Part shown: positions 1-10,185 of the stretch, piece by piece | Layout: every line of letters begins with the position of its first letter | Position numbering within the stretch: position 1 is the first letter of the stretch | Assembly: GCA_034667405.1 (NCBI GenBank) | Contig: JAXDJX010000017.1 | Location: 8,245-72,244, forward strand | Reading direction: 5' to 3' | Source: Actinomycetota bacterium | GTDB lineage: Bacteria > Actinomycetota > UBA4738 > HRBIN12 | Length of the DNA: 64,000 nucleotides | Position numbers and translations under genes: made by a program | Notes under the pieces: generated by a model | Database searches by the model: none | What the model was told of the DNA's origin: nothing | What the model saw: only the letters and a program-made list of their open reading frames with translations

Positions 1-487
1 CGCGCGCCGGTACCTCCACATCTTCGGGCCCACCACGCCCGAGGCGTTCGGGCAGTGGTCCGGGAGCGGTCTCCCTCACGGCCGCTCGGCGTTCGATTCG
101 CTCGGTACGTCCGTAACCCCCGTGCGAACGCCGATCGGCGACGCGTGGATCCTCACGCGTGACGAACCGGCATTCCGCGCGACCCCTGGGCCGACGGCAC
201 CCGCACGGTTCCTCCCGAGTGGGGACGCGTATTTCCTCCTCAACGGTGCCGATCGAGACATCTTGGTTCCCGACCCCGACCGCCAACGCGAGTTGTGGAC
301 CCCGCGCGTGTGGCCGGGAGCCCTCCTCGTCGAGGGTCAGATCGTCGGAACGTGGCGACGTGCGCACGCGACCGTGGCGATCCAGACGTGGCGTCGTCTC
401 TCTCGCGCCGCGCGCGACGCGGTCGAGGAGGAAGCGGCGTCCTTGCCGGTACCCGGTGTACGCCAGACCGTCGTCCTCTGGGACTGA
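1..487 (+). CDS. Winged-helix DNA-binding domain protein (YcaQ/AlkZ-like), 5' partial; gene starts upstream of the window
   Basis: ORF is open to the window start in the frame ending at 487. The C-terminal sequence resembles the YcaQ/DUF1006 winged-helix family. High GC3. Confidence 0.45.
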   Translation, partial: ARRYLHIFGPTTPEAFGQWSGSGLPHGRSAFDSLGTSVTPVRTPIGDAWILTRDEPAFRATPGPTAPARFLPSGDAYFLLNGADRDILVPDPDRQRELWTPRVWPGALLVEGQIVGTWRRAHATVAIQTWRRLSRAARDAVEEEAASLPVPGVRQTVVLWD

Positions 488-492
488 GTCGT

Positions 493-933
493 TTAGCTAG
501 CCGACGCTTCGACCCTTGCCTTGATCTTCGCGAGGTCGTTCCTGAAGCCCTTGGGCATGTCTCGCGAGATCTTGAACATCGTCATCTTCGCGAGCGTGGT
601 CGGCTCGACGATCTCCCCGCCCTTGCTGAGGGTCGTCATCCCCGCGTTCTCGCGCAACGAGAACCAGTGATGGACGCGTCCGAGCGCGCCGACCGACATC
701 CAGCCGAACTCGTTCGGCGCCGACATCTCCGTGATCGTGCTCTCTTCCTTCTGGGTACCGAACTGCTTCGCCACGGTCGAGAACACGGTTCCCACCACGA
801 TGGGACCGCTGTCCGCCCGAGACACCTGCAGCCCGTGCCCGGCCCACTCGCCATGACGAGCGAAGTCGCTCACGTACTGGAACACCCTGTCGGCCGGCGC
901 CTGGATGCTGATGCTTTCCTCGAATCGCTTCAT
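493..933 (-). CDS. SRPBCC (START/Bet v1-like, polyketide cyclase/dehydrase fold) family protein
   Basis: 146 aa. Starts MKRFEESISIQAPADRVFQYVSDFARHGEW, typical of the SRPBCC/AHSA1-like N-terminus. Confidence 0.7.
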   Translation of the reverse strand: MKRFEESISIQAPADRVFQYVSDFARHGEWAGHGLQVSRADSGPIVVGTVFSTVAKQFGTQKEESTITEMSAPNEFGWMSVGALGRVHHWFSLRENAGMTTLSKGGEIVEPTTLAKMTMFKISRDMPKGFRNDLAKIKARVEASAS

Positions 934-1080
934 GCAGCCCTCCTAGCCATCGCGCGGAAACGCGCTCCCGACAGCCTATGTCAGGGGACTCCAGCGCGTG
1001 TCGGGGAATCCAGAAGGGGGGCTCGACATCCCCCTCCCCGGGGTGGCAGTATCACTTTCAATCAATAGATAGGTTCGGCC

Positions 1081-2538
1081 GTGAAACGTTCGCTGCTCAC
1101 CATCGTTGCGTTCTCGACGCTCCTTGGGGCGCTCGCGCCTCCTGGAGTGGCTCGGGCCGGTCTCGATCCGAGCAAACCGAACATCATCGTCATCCTCACC
1201 GACGACCAGAGCATCAACACCCTCCAGCAGATGACCAACGTCCAGGGGCTCGCCGCCTCCGGAACGACGTTCACCAACGCATTCGTGTCCAATCCCTTGT
1301 GCTGCCCATCTCGCTCGACGATCCTGACGGGGCTCTTCTCGGGCCACACAGGTGTGTGGACGAACGGTGATGACGCGCCTCCCGCAGATGGTGGTTATGC
1401 CGCATTCACCCAGAACGGGAATGAAACGAGAACCCTCGCGTATCACCTGTCGACAGACCTGGGGTATCGAACGGGTCTCTACGGGAAGTACCTCAACGAG
1501 TACGTGGCCGCACCGGGTGCGCAGGGGGTGCCGTCCATATCGGGCTGGACCGACGTCCACGCGTTCACCTCGCCCGTTGGCTACTACGACTACGAACTCA
1601 CCGATGGCATCCTCAACACGGACGGCACGTATCACGCCGTCCGATACGGCAGTGACCCGAGCGACTACTCCACCAACGTGGTTGCCGATCTTGCGGTGAC
1701 CTTCTTGCAGGAACAGACGGACGACCAACCGTTCTTCCTCTACTTCACGCCCTACGGTCCCCACGGGCCAACGACGCCGGGGCCCGGGGATGAAGGGGTG
1801 ACCGCGTCGACCAGCTTCTCCACACCGGCGTTCAACGAGGCAGATGTATCCGACAAACCGCTCTACATCCAACAGCGGCCACTCCTGAAACGGGCGGCCC
1901 TGAAGAAGCAGTACGACCGGCAATACGCGACGCTCGCGTCCATCGATCGGGCGGTGGGACGGTTCGAGGCCGCGTTGTCCCCCGAAGAACTCGCGAACAC
2001 GATGTTCATCTTCGCCTCGGACAACGGGTTGTCCTACGGCGATCAACGCTGGACCGGCAAGCAAGTCCCGTATGAACGGTCGATCCACGTCCCCTTGATC
2101 GTGAAGATGCCCGGCCAGGTCGCCTCGGCAACCGTTGACCGGTTGGTGGCCAACGTCGATCTCGCGCCGACGATCTTCGACCTCGTGGGGATCACGCCCG
2201 ACGACCCGGTGTACGGGTCGCACCTGGACGGTCGCTCGCTGCTCCCGTTGTTGACTGGCTCCGGCACGTTCAGCCCCCGTTCCGCGATCCTCTTGGAACA
2301 TATGTATGACGGCCGGAACACCACGCCCTCCTACTGCGGAGTCCGGATGGCGACGTGGATGTATGCGGCGTACTCCGACGGATTCGAGGAGCTGTACAAC
2401 CTGTCGAAGGACCCGTACGAACTGCGCAATCAGGCCTCAAGCAACACCGCCATGGTGGCCAAGATGCGTGCCCGCACGCAGGCCTTGTGCGACCCGATGC
2501 CGCCCGATTTCCCTGCCGGCTTCTGGGGATCTCTGTGA
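1081..2538 (+). CDS. Sulfatase (arylsulfatase / N-sulfoglucosamine sulfohydrolase family), secreted
   Basis: Signal peptide present. PNIIVILTDDQ metal-binding start and the C-C-P-S-R formylglycine motif (NPLCCPSRSTILTG). GTG start at 1081. Confidence 0.85.
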   Translation: MKRSLLTIVAFSTLLGALAPPGVARAGLDPSKPNIIVILTDDQSINTLQQMTNVQGLAASGTTFTNAFVSNPLCCPSRSTILTGLFSGHTGVWTNGDDAPPADGGYAAFTQNGNETRTLAYHLSTDLGYRTGLYGKYLNEYVAAPGAQGVPSISGWTDVHAFTSPVGYYDYELTDGILNTDGTYHAVRYGSDPSDYSTNVVADLAVTFLQEQTDDQPFFLYFTPYGPHGPTTPGPGDEGVTASTSFSTPAFNEADVSDKPLYIQQRPLLKRAALKKQYDRQYATLASIDRAVGRFEAALSPEELANTMFIFASDNGLSYGDQRWTGKQVPYERSIHVPLIVKMPGQVASATVDRLVANVDLAPTIFDLVGITPDDPVYGSHLDGRSLLPLLTGSGTFSPRSAILLEHMYDGRNTTPSYCGVRMATWMYAAYSDGFEELYNLSKDPYELRNQASSNTAMVAKMRARTQALCDPMPPDFPAGFWGSL

Positions 2539-4913
2539 GGCGGGCGCTGCGCGTCATCGTTGTGTTCGTGATGGTGTCGGGAACCCTCGCGCTCCCTGGT
2601 GTGGCGCACGCCACCGGCGATGTGGGATTCGGGAAGAGCCTCCTGGCAGGGGAGTCCACGACGGGTCCGACGACCCTGCAGTTCGGGCCGGATGGACGCC
2701 TCTACGTTGGCGAGGACGGCGGGACCATCAAGGTCTACTCCATCGAGCGCATCGGATACAACCAGTATCAGGTCACTGCCACGGACACCATCACCTCGAT
2801 CGCCGCCATCGGCAATCACGACGACGACGGCAAGCCCCGCCCCGACATCGTCGGACGCCTGCTCACCGGGCTCGTCGTAACGGGAACGGCCGGACGACCC
2901 GTGCTCTATGTGAGTTCGAGCGATCCACGTATCGGCGGTTCCCGCGTCGGCCTCGGAGACACGGGGCTGGATACGAACTCAGGAACGATCTCCCGCGTGC
3001 GATGGGACGGCACCGCCTGGCGCACGACGGCGGTGGTGCGCGGCTTGCCGCGTTCGGAAGAGTTCCACTCGACCAACGGGATGGCCCTGGACCCGGCGAC
3101 CAACACCCTCTACGTCGGACAGGGCAGCAACACGAACATGGGGGCGCCCGCGGACAGCTTCGCGAACCTTCCCGAGTACGCCTTGTCCGCAGCGATCCTC
3201 TCGATCGATCTTGACGCGATCACGGCGATGGGCCCGGGGCCATACGCGATCCCGACGCTCAACGACCCGACACGGTCGGGGCCAAACGACAAGAACGATC
3301 CGTTCGGCGGGAACGATGGCCTGAACCAAGCGAGGATCGTTGCCGGCGGTCCTGTGCAGGTCTATGCCCCCGGCTACCGCAACCCTTACGACCTGGTCTT
3401 CACGACGAACGACAAGCTGTACGGCACCGACAACGGTTCGAACGCCGGGTCGGGAGGCCTGGCCATCGGCGATGGGTCGCCCGATTGCACGAACGCTCCA
3501 AACGAAGGGGGCATCTCTGCGGAGGACAGCCTTCACCTGATCGATGAAGGCGACTACGGCGGCCACGCGAACCCCACCCGAGGGAACGCCGCCAACACGT
3601 TCGGCGGTCATTCGCCTATCCAGACGAGCGACCCGGTGCAGTGCACCTGGATAACGCCGGGGCCCGCGAGGGGTTCGATCGCGACCTTCCCTGATTCCAC
3701 CGACGGCATCGCCGAATACACGGCATCGAACTTCAGCGGTGCGCTGGCGGGAGAGCTCCTGCTCACCTCGTTCAACAACTCCATCTATCGCGTCCGGCTG
3801 GATGCGGCAGGGGATGCGGTCACGGAGGTATCGACACTGTTCTCCTCTGTCGATCAGCGCCCGCTCGACATCAGCGCGCAAGGTGATGCCGACCCGTTCC
3901 CGGGAACCATCTGGGTCGCGGATCACACCGCCGGAACCATCGTCGTCTTCGAACCCAACGACTACGACGGTCCTCCGGGCCCCTGCACGGGTCTGGATGA
4001 CGCCAACGACGACGACAACGACGGCTTCACCAATGCCGATGAGATCGACAACGGCACCGACCCGTGCTCGGCCGCCGATGTTCCCGCCGACGCCGACAAC
4101 GATCGCATCTCCAACCTGAACGACCCCGACGATGACAACGACGGGCTGCTCGATACTTCCGACCCCTTCGCGAACGACGCGTCCAACGGCATCGGGCGCA
4201 CGCTCCCCGTGCAGATCTCCTGGGACGCCGTCCTCGCGGACCCCGGGGGCATCGACGGGACCGGGTTCACTGGCCTCATGACCAACGGCACGAGCGACTA
4301 TTCGAGCCTCTACGACCCGGCCGAGATGACGGTCGGAAGCGCGACCGGCACGCTCACGGTGGACGCCGTCCCAGACGGCACCGCAGATGGATCCGCGAAC
4401 GACCAGAGCTACGCGTTCCAGTTGGGGCTGGATGCGACGTCCCCGACGCACCCACCCTTCGCCGTGACGACGCGGATCGTCGCGCCCTTCGGAGGGAGCG
4501 CTCCGGTTCCGGGACAATCCATGGGGATCGCCGTCGGTACGGGCGGCCAGGACGACTACGTTGCCCTTTCGACCGCGGCCGGTGACGGCTCCGGCGCGAT
4601 CGAGTTCCGGCGCGAGGTGGGCGGCATCGTCACGAACCGCCGGAGCGCTCCCGTCGACATGCCGGGTCCAGACGCCGTGGCGTTGTGGTTACGCGTCGAT
4701 CCGGTGGCCCATACCGTGCAGCCTCGCTACGCGGTCGCATCTGCGGGTGTGACGGGGCCAACCAAGAACCTCGGAAAGGCGATCGCCGTCCCGGCCAGCT
4801 GGTTCTCGTCGGGAGCACTCGCCATCGGCATCATCTCGACGTCCCACGGGTCCGGCGTTCCGTTCCCGGCCACATGGGATTACTTCAGAGCCAAGGCCGT
4901 CGCTCAGCCCTGA
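2535..4913 (+). CDS. Secreted PQQ-dependent sugar (glucose/sorbosone) dehydrogenase-like beta-propeller protein with thrombospondin type-3 calcium-binding repeats and a C-terminal beta-rich domain
   Basis: In-frame GTG at 2535 overlaps the sulfatase stop (GTGA). Signal peptide VRRALRVIVVFVMVSGTLALPGVAHA. Motifs LQFGPDGRLYVGEDGG, YRNPYDLVF and DEGDYGGHANP resemble the soluble aldose/sorbosone dehydrogenase family. Aspartate-rich DxDxDG-type repeats (NDDDNDGFTNADEIDNGTDP, DADNDRISNLNDPDDDNDGLLDTSDP) look like TSP3 repeats. Confidence 0.6.
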   Translation: MRRALRVIVVFVMVSGTLALPGVAHATGDVGFGKSLLAGESTTGPTTLQFGPDGRLYVGEDGGTIKVYSIERIGYNQYQVTATDTITSIAAIGNHDDDGKPRPDIVGRLLTGLVVTGTAGRPVLYVSSSDPRIGGSRVGLGDTGLDTNSGTISRVRWDGTAWRTTAVVRGLPRSEEFHSTNGMALDPATNTLYVGQGSNTNMGAPADSFANLPEYALSAAILSIDLDAITAMGPGPYAIPTLNDPTRSGPNDKNDPFGGNDGLNQARIVAGGPVQVYAPGYRNPYDLVFTTNDKLYGTDNGSNAGSGGLAIGDGSPDCTNAPNEGGISAEDSLHLIDEGDYGGHANPTRGNAANTFGGHSPIQTSDPVQCTWITPGPARGSIATFPDSTDGIAEYTASNFSGALAGELLLTSFNNSIYRVRLDAAGDAVTEVSTLFSSVDQRPLDISAQGDADPFPGTIWVADHTAGTIVVFEPNDYDGPPGPCTGLDDANDDDNDGFTNADEIDNGTDPCSAADVPADADNDRISNLNDPDDDNDGLLDTSDPFANDASNGIGRTLPVQISWDAVLADPGGIDGTGFTGLMTNGTSDYSSLYDPAEMTVGSATGTLTVDAVPDGTADGSANDQSYAFQLGLDATSPTHPPFAVTTRIVAPFGGSAPVPGQSMGIAVGTGGQDDYVALSTAAGDGSGAIEFRREVGGIVTNRRSAPVDMPGPDAVALWLRVDPVAHTVQPRYAVASAGVTGPTKNLGKAIAVPASWFSSGALAIGIISTSHGSGVPFPATWDYFRAKAVAQP

Positions 4914-5026
4914 TCACCGGGGACCTGGCGTGCGCGCCAAGTCCAGGTGTACTATCCCGAAACTGTCCGGGGCCGTACTCCGTGATCACGACCGATGCCC
5001 CGGGACCGAACGAGGAGGGGTGACAC

Positions 5027-5947
5027 GTGAAGCGACGATCGGCACTCTGCGCCATGGTCATCGCCACGGCAGCCGCGACGACCGCCGCGGCTCCGGCGGG
5101 CGCAGCGTTCCCGGGAAGGAACGGGCGGATCGTCTTCGCCGCCATACGCGATGGCGGGAGTCGTTCGCAGATCTACAGCGTGCGTTCCGATGGCAGTGGC
5201 GTTCGAAAGCTGACGCACGTTCCGAGGGGATCATCGGCGTGGAAGCCTCATGTGTCAGCAGACGGCAGATCCGTGGTCTACGTCGTGAGCACGCAGGATC
5301 AGAACGATCAGCTCTGGCTCATGCGATCGGACGGGACCGATCAACATCAGCTGACGACGGGACAGCGATTCAGCCCGTCGGGTGAGGGGACCGCCGGGTT
5401 CGCACCGGATGGTCGGATCGTCTACTCGCGTTGCGGCGACTACGTCGAGTTCTTCTACACCTGCAAGATCGTGTCGGTGCGCCCGGACGGCTCCGACATG
5501 CACATCATCATCGGCGGACGGTGGCACCCGAAGGAGCCGGTCGTCTCCCCGGACGGATCCACGATCGCCTACGTGAGCGACCTCGGAGGGCGCGACGCAC
5601 GGGTGTGGCTCGCGGATGCCGACGGCGCCAACCGTCGAGCGATCACCTCGGGCCTCAAGTTCATCGAGGGCCTGTCGTGGTCTCCCGATGGCACCCACAT
5701 CGCATTCGGTGGCGTCACCCGCAATATCGCGGTGTACGCCATCGCCACAGACGGGAGCTACCTCAAGAAGGTGGTTCCGGGCGCGACGTTCCCGGCGTGG
5801 TCGCCGAACGGACGCTGGCTCGTCTACGTCAGTGAACTTCGAGGTCGATTCGAGCGGGCCCGCCCGGACGGCACGGATATCTCTGTCGTCGTCGATCCGA
5901 CCGTGAGAACCGTGATCGACATCTCGGACTGGGGGGTCGCACCATGA
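5027..5947 (+). CDS. PD40 / TolB-like WD40-type beta-propeller repeat protein, secreted
   Basis: GTG start after GAGGAGGGG RBS. Signal peptide. Repeated xDGxxIVF/SPDG blades. Ends DWGVAP, as the paralogs do. Confidence 0.7.
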   Translation: MKRRSALCAMVIATAAATTAAAPAGAAFPGRNGRIVFAAIRDGGSRSQIYSVRSDGSGVRKLTHVPRGSSAWKPHVSADGRSVVYVVSTQDQNDQLWLMRSDGTDQHQLTTGQRFSPSGEGTAGFAPDGRIVYSRCGDYVEFFYTCKIVSVRPDGSDMHIIIGGRWHPKEPVVSPDGSTIAYVSDLGGRDARVWLADADGANRRAITSGLKFIEGLSWSPDGTHIAFGGVTRNIAVYAIATDGSYLKKVVPGATFPAWSPNGRWLVYVSELRGRFERARPDGTDISVVVDPTVRTVIDISDWGVAP

Positions 5948-7008
5948 GGCGCGTTGCATCGATGCTGTTCGTCGGGTTGATGACGGGGCTGGTGCTTGCC
6001 GGCACTACGTCTGCTCCCGCGGTCGGAGGCTCGGCGGCGTTCAACGGCCGCATCCTGTTCACTCGGTGTACCGCGAGAAGCTGTGACATCTACACCGCCA
6101 ATCCGGATGGAACTGCCATCCGCCGGGTCACCCACGATGGGAATGCGTTCTCCGGTGACTGGTCTCCCGACGGGCGCCACATCGCCTACGTCGGCGCTGC
6201 GAGTGGGGATTTCGCGATATGGATCGTGCGTTCCGATGGTTCCCATGCCAGGCAGCTGACGCCGAACGATCGACGGTCCGACAACTTCTGGCCACGGTTC
6301 GCCCCGAACGGGCGGCGGCTCCTCTTCGTCAACTGCGCAGGGGGCGACTGCGACGGAGGGATCGGGTCGGTCCGAACGGATGGGAGTCATCTCCACATGG
6401 TGACCGAGAACAGTCACTCCTCGTACAACGTCGCGGAACTCTCACCTGACGGGACGCGATTGGCCTACATGCGCTGGCACGTGGGTGGCGTCAAGATGGC
6501 GATCTACGTCGCGAACGCCGACGGCACCGACGAGAGACGCATCACCCAAGCACGCTTGGAGGGCTATCTTCCTGACTGGTCGCCCTCGGGGGATCGCATC
6601 GCGTTCACGAGTTACGTCTTCTTCGACCGACCAGCTCCGTCTATCTACTCTGTTCGTCCCGACGGAAGCGACGTCGAGGCCCTTACCCACCCACCGTCGC
6701 CCCACTCTGACTGGGACGGTTCCTATTCACCCGACGGTTCGAAGATCATCTTCGATTCCGACCGCCGGTACTCCGACGGCTGTTGCGGCGACCTCTTCAC
6801 CATCGATGCGGCCGGGGGGAACCTGCAGAAGATCGACCTGCCGTTCGACGCGTACGACCCGAGATGGGGAACCGCACCGCCGATGCCGATAAGTCCGATG
6901 TCGATATCTGCCCACGATGCGGGTTCCCGGGTCCCAAGGGTGGGCGGATCTCCTTGTCACGTCGTGCCGGGTTTGGCCGGCACGCCGATGTGTCCTGAGG
7001 CTGGGTAG
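5944..7008 (+). CDS. PD40 / TolB-like beta-propeller repeat protein, secreted (paralog; C-terminal tail about 40 aa longer than its paralogs)
   Basis: ATGA overlap with the upstream paralog. Signal peptide. Repeated SPDG.. blades. Tail extends past the conserved RWGTAP paralog terminus. Confidence 0.65.
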   Translation: MRRVASMLFVGLMTGLVLAGTTSAPAVGGSAAFNGRILFTRCTARSCDIYTANPDGTAIRRVTHDGNAFSGDWSPDGRHIAYVGAASGDFAIWIVRSDGSHARQLTPNDRRSDNFWPRFAPNGRRLLFVNCAGGDCDGGIGSVRTDGSHLHMVTENSHSSYNVAELSPDGTRLAYMRWHVGGVKMAIYVANADGTDERRITQARLEGYLPDWSPSGDRIAFTSYVFFDRPAPSIYSVRPDGSDVEALTHPPSPHSDWDGSYSPDGSKIIFDSDRRYSDGCCGDLFTIDAAGGNLQKIDLPFDAYDPRWGTAPPMPISPMSISAHDAGSRVPRVGGSPCHVVPGLAGTPMCPEAG

Positions 7009-7069
7009 GGAGCCCTTCGCCAACTACACTCGCGCGAAGCACGACGGCACGGAGAGAGGCGGACGCGCG

Positions 7070-8605
7070 GTGGTGAGCAAGGGGTCGCAGCCCGGCGTAC
7101 CCGTCGATGCCCAGACACTGGTCGAGCGACTCCCCGGGATCGTCTACGCGGCCGAGCTCGGTGAGGCGGGGCTCTGGACCTACGTCAGTCCACAGCTCGA
7201 ATCGATCCTGGGATATGCGCCCGCAGAGTGGCTGGCCGACCCCACATTGTTCGATCGGCGCTTGCATCCCGACGATGTCGACCGTTACCGGACGGCAGAG
7301 CTGGAGAGTCACGAGCTGGGCGAACCCCTATCGGTCGAATATCGGCTCCACAGCCGGGACGGCCGCGTGGTGTGGATACGAGATGAGGCGACGGTCGTCC
7401 ACGAAGGCGATACCGCGGCGTTCAATCTCGGTGTGATGTTGGATATCACCGTTCGCAAAGAGACGGAGACGGAGCTTTGGGAGACAGAGGCGAAGTACCG
7501 GACCCTGGTCGAACAGATCCCCGCCGTGACCTACATCGATGCCGTCCCGTTGGACGATCCGAGGGACCTCACCCCCGTCTACATCAGTCCCCAGATTGAA
7601 ACGCTTCTGGGCTACACACCAGAGGAGTGGGCCGAGGACCACGACCTCTGGGACCGTGTCGCCCACCCCGACGATGTGGAGTCGGTCAGCGCGCAGGCCG
7701 AACAGGCCTTCGTCGCGGGAACGCCGCTCAGCATCGAGTACCGGATGATGACGCGCGACCATCGGGTGGTTTGGATCCGCGAAGAAGCGTCGCTGGTGCG
7801 CGACGACCAAGGAGTCCCGAAGTTCTGGCAGGGGCTCTACATCGACATCACGGGACTGAAGCGAGCCGAAGAGGAACTGAACAACGCCCTGCATCGCGAG
7901 ATGGATGCGTCAGAGCGGCTCCGGGCGCTCGACGAGATGAAGAACACCTTCCTGCAAGCCGTCTCCCACGATCTGCGTACGCCGCTCGCGGCCATCCTCG
8001 GACTCGCGCTCACGCTTGCCCGGGAGGAGGTCGAGCTGGACGACATCGAGGTGCGGGACCTCGCGACCCGCATCGCTTCGAACGCGCGCAAGCTCGATCG
8101 GATGGTCGCCGACCTCCTGGACCTAGACCGGCTGACGCGGGGCATCATCGAGCCCGAGCTCCGCGACACCGATGTCGGCGCATTGGTTCGCGCTCTGGTG
8201 ACCGAGTTCGATATGCCGGGGGAGCGGCGGATCCTTCTCGATGCTGAGCGTGTCGTCGTGCCGGTCGATCCCTCGAAGATAGAACACATCGTCGAGAACC
8301 TGCTCGCGAACACCGCGCGACACACACCGGCGGGAAGCCGGGTCTGGATCAAGGTCCAAGCGAAGTACGAGGGCGCACTCATCATCGTGGAGGACGAAGG
8401 GCCGGGCGTTCCGGAGGAGCTCCGCGAAGCCGTCTTCGATCCGTTCCGCCAAGGGCCGTCGATCTCGAGCCACGCGCCCGGCGTGGGGGTCGGGTTAACC
8501 CTCGTCGCTCGATTCGCTGAGTTGCACGGAGGGCGCGCGTGGGTGGAGGCGCGCCCGGGTGGCGGTGCGTCGTTCCGGGTGTTCCTGCCCGGCGCCGACG
8601 CTTGA
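7070..8605 (+). CDS. Sensor histidine kinase with two PAS domains (HisKA + HATPase_c); no adjacent response regulator
   Basis: Two PAS-like segments. H-box LQAVSHDLRTPLAAI. N, G1 and G2 boxes (LLANTARHTP, VEDEGPGVP, GVGVGLTL). Start placed at in-frame GTG 7070; an ATG at 6917 would overlap the upstream gene. Confidence 0.8.
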   Translation: MVSKGSQPGVPVDAQTLVERLPGIVYAAELGEAGLWTYVSPQLESILGYAPAEWLADPTLFDRRLHPDDVDRYRTAELESHELGEPLSVEYRLHSRDGRVVWIRDEATVVHEGDTAAFNLGVMLDITVRKETETELWETEAKYRTLVEQIPAVTYIDAVPLDDPRDLTPVYISPQIETLLGYTPEEWAEDHDLWDRVAHPDDVESVSAQAEQAFVAGTPLSIEYRMMTRDHRVVWIREEASLVRDDQGVPKFWQGLYIDITGLKRAEEELNNALHREMDASERLRALDEMKNTFLQAVSHDLRTPLAAILGLALTLAREEVELDDIEVRDLATRIASNARKLDRMVADLLDLDRLTRGIIEPELRDTDVGALVRALVTEFDMPGERRILLDAERVVVPVDPSKIEHIVENLLANTARHTPAGSRVWIKVQAKYEGALIIVEDEGPGVPEELREAVFDPFRQGPSISSHAPGVGVGLTLVARFAELHGGRAWVEARPGGGASFRVFLPGADA

Positions 8606-8688
8606 ATCACTGCGTTGGTGCGCGCGCCCAGGCCGAACCCGGCGTAGGATGCCCATCGCAAGCCCAAATGCAGTGAGAGGGGAACGGA

Positions 8689-9627
8689 ATGAGTGGCTCT
8701 GGGTTCGATGCGCCGCCTCCACCACCACCAACGCCGCCGATGCCGCCAGGTGGCGGGGAGGGTCCTGCCGCGGGCGGTATGGGAGGCGATGCCCTGCCAC
8801 CCCGGGGACTCGGGGACATCTTGTCTGCGGCGTTCACGATCTATAAGGCACACGCACTGCAGCTCATCGTCATCGTCGCCATCATCGTTGTGCCGCTGCA
8901 GTTCATCAGCTCATTGCTCGGCGACGTGGTGTTCAAGGCGGACACCAAGACGGTAGACACCCTGGGGACATCGATCCAGGTGATCGAACCTCGCAGCCTG
9001 GGGATCGTCTGGCTGTCCATCCTGGTCGGCGCGATCATCGCGGTGATCATCACGGCGATGCTGCAGGCAGCCGTCCTTCGTGCCGCCGCTCAGGCAACCA
9101 TCGGAGACCCGGTCGATGCCACCGAGAGCTACAAGTTCGGCTTCCGGAAGGTCGGTAGCGTGATCTGGCTCTCCATCCTCGTGGGACTCGTGACCCTGAG
9201 CATCATGATCCTGGGCGTTGCCCTCGCATTCGCGGTCAAGGCACTGGGCATCCTGGTCATCCTTGCGGGCGTCGTGTTCGCCGTGTGGGCCAGCGTGAGT
9301 CTGTCCGCCAGCATCCCGGTGCTCGTCGTCGAGGACAAGCGCGGGACCGAAGCTATGAAGCGTTCGTGGAACCTGGTGAAGGGCGATTTCTGGCACGTGT
9401 TGGGAACGCTCATCGTCGCCGGTCTGATCGTGGGGGTGGTGAGCGGGATCTTCACCGCCTTGGGTGGAAGCAACTGGATCCTGGGATGGATCTTCGGGTC
9501 GATCGGGAGGATCATCACGGCTCCGTTCACCGCCCTGGTCGCCGTTCTCCTGTACTTGGACCTGCGGGCGCGGAAAGAAGGGTTGACGGCCTCCACCCTC
9601 CGAGGGGAGCTGCGCACCGGCGGCTAG
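8689..9627 (+). CDS. Integral membrane protein with proline-rich N-terminus (about 6 TM helices), function unknown
   Basis: PPPPPPTPPMPPGGG N-terminal region followed by multiple hydrophobic helices. High GC3. Confidence 0.55.
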   Translation: MSGSGFDAPPPPPPTPPMPPGGGEGPAAGGMGGDALPPRGLGDILSAAFTIYKAHALQLIVIVAIIVVPLQFISSLLGDVVFKADTKTVDTLGTSIQVIEPRSLGIVWLSILVGAIIAVIITAMLQAAVLRAAAQATIGDPVDATESYKFGFRKVGSVIWLSILVGLVTLSIMILGVALAFAVKALGILVILAGVVFAVWASVSLSASIPVLVVEDKRGTEAMKRSWNLVKGDFWHVLGTLIVAGLIVGVVSGIFTALGGSNWILGWIFGSIGRIITAPFTALVAVLLYLDLRARKEGLTASTLRGELRTGG

Positions 9628-10043
9628 GAGCCAACCATCTTCCGAAGGAGCTTGACGAAGGTTCGCCGTTCCCTCTCGTCAAGTTCCCGCACCCCGGGAA
9701 GCTGATCGAAGAAGTCGTGCTGCAGGGTCGATTGGAGAGCGAGGCCCTTCGCCGTCAAGACCAGGTTCTTGGCTCGCCTGTCATCGGGATCCATCTCGCG
9801 CCGAACCAAACCGCGTTCCTCGAGGGCGTCGGCGATGGTGGTGACGAACGACGGGTCGCATCGAAGCTCGGCTGCCAGGCCCTTCATCCCCACGCGGCCG
9901 TCGATACGTGCCAGGGCCAGGGCGTAGGGGACGGGCAAACCCGTGCCGCCGACGCTGGTCTGCAACTCGTCGCGCATGAGCGCCAGCAAGTCGGAAAGCG
10001 CATCGACGATCTGCCTCGAGGCAGTGACTTCCGTGTCGACCAT
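9624..10043 (-). CDS. MarR family transcriptional regulator
   Basis: Winged-helix MarR core (LTAKGLALQS..., RREMDPDDRRAKNLVLT). ATG at 10043 follows a GGGAGGA-like RBS. Divergent from the MMPL gene. Confidence 0.75.
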   Translation of the reverse strand: MVDTEVTASRQIVDALSDLLALMRDELQTSVGGTGLPVPYALALARIDGRVGMKGLAAELRCDPSFVTTIADALEERGLVRREMDPDDRRAKNLVLTAKGLALQSTLQHDFFDQLPGVRELDERERRTFVKLLRKMVGS

Positions 10044-10185
10044 GTAGAAACTATACCTCTCACTCAAAGATTGACCTACCCAATCATTGCCGGAGTCAAA
10101 CATTTCCCGTAACCTCGCGGGGCGCACCGTCCGACGAACCCAGGGCATCCGCGCGACCAACTCATATCTCGGAGGTACACGTCTG
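10044..10185. promoter_or_regulatory. Divergent MarR/MMPL intergenic control region; locally AT-richer with TTGACC -35-like hexamer
   Basis: 142 bp between divergent starts. GC drops locally (gtagaaactatacctctcactcaaagattgacc). Confidence 0.25.

Noticed and set aside
976-2301. 441-aa minus-strand ORF
   Set aside because: Antisense to the sulfatase gene (CCPSR motif on plus strand). Arg-rich artefact.
2979-4517. 512-aa minus-strand ORF
   Set aside because: Antisense to the secreted dehydrogenase/TSP3 protein. Low-complexity R/G/V composition.
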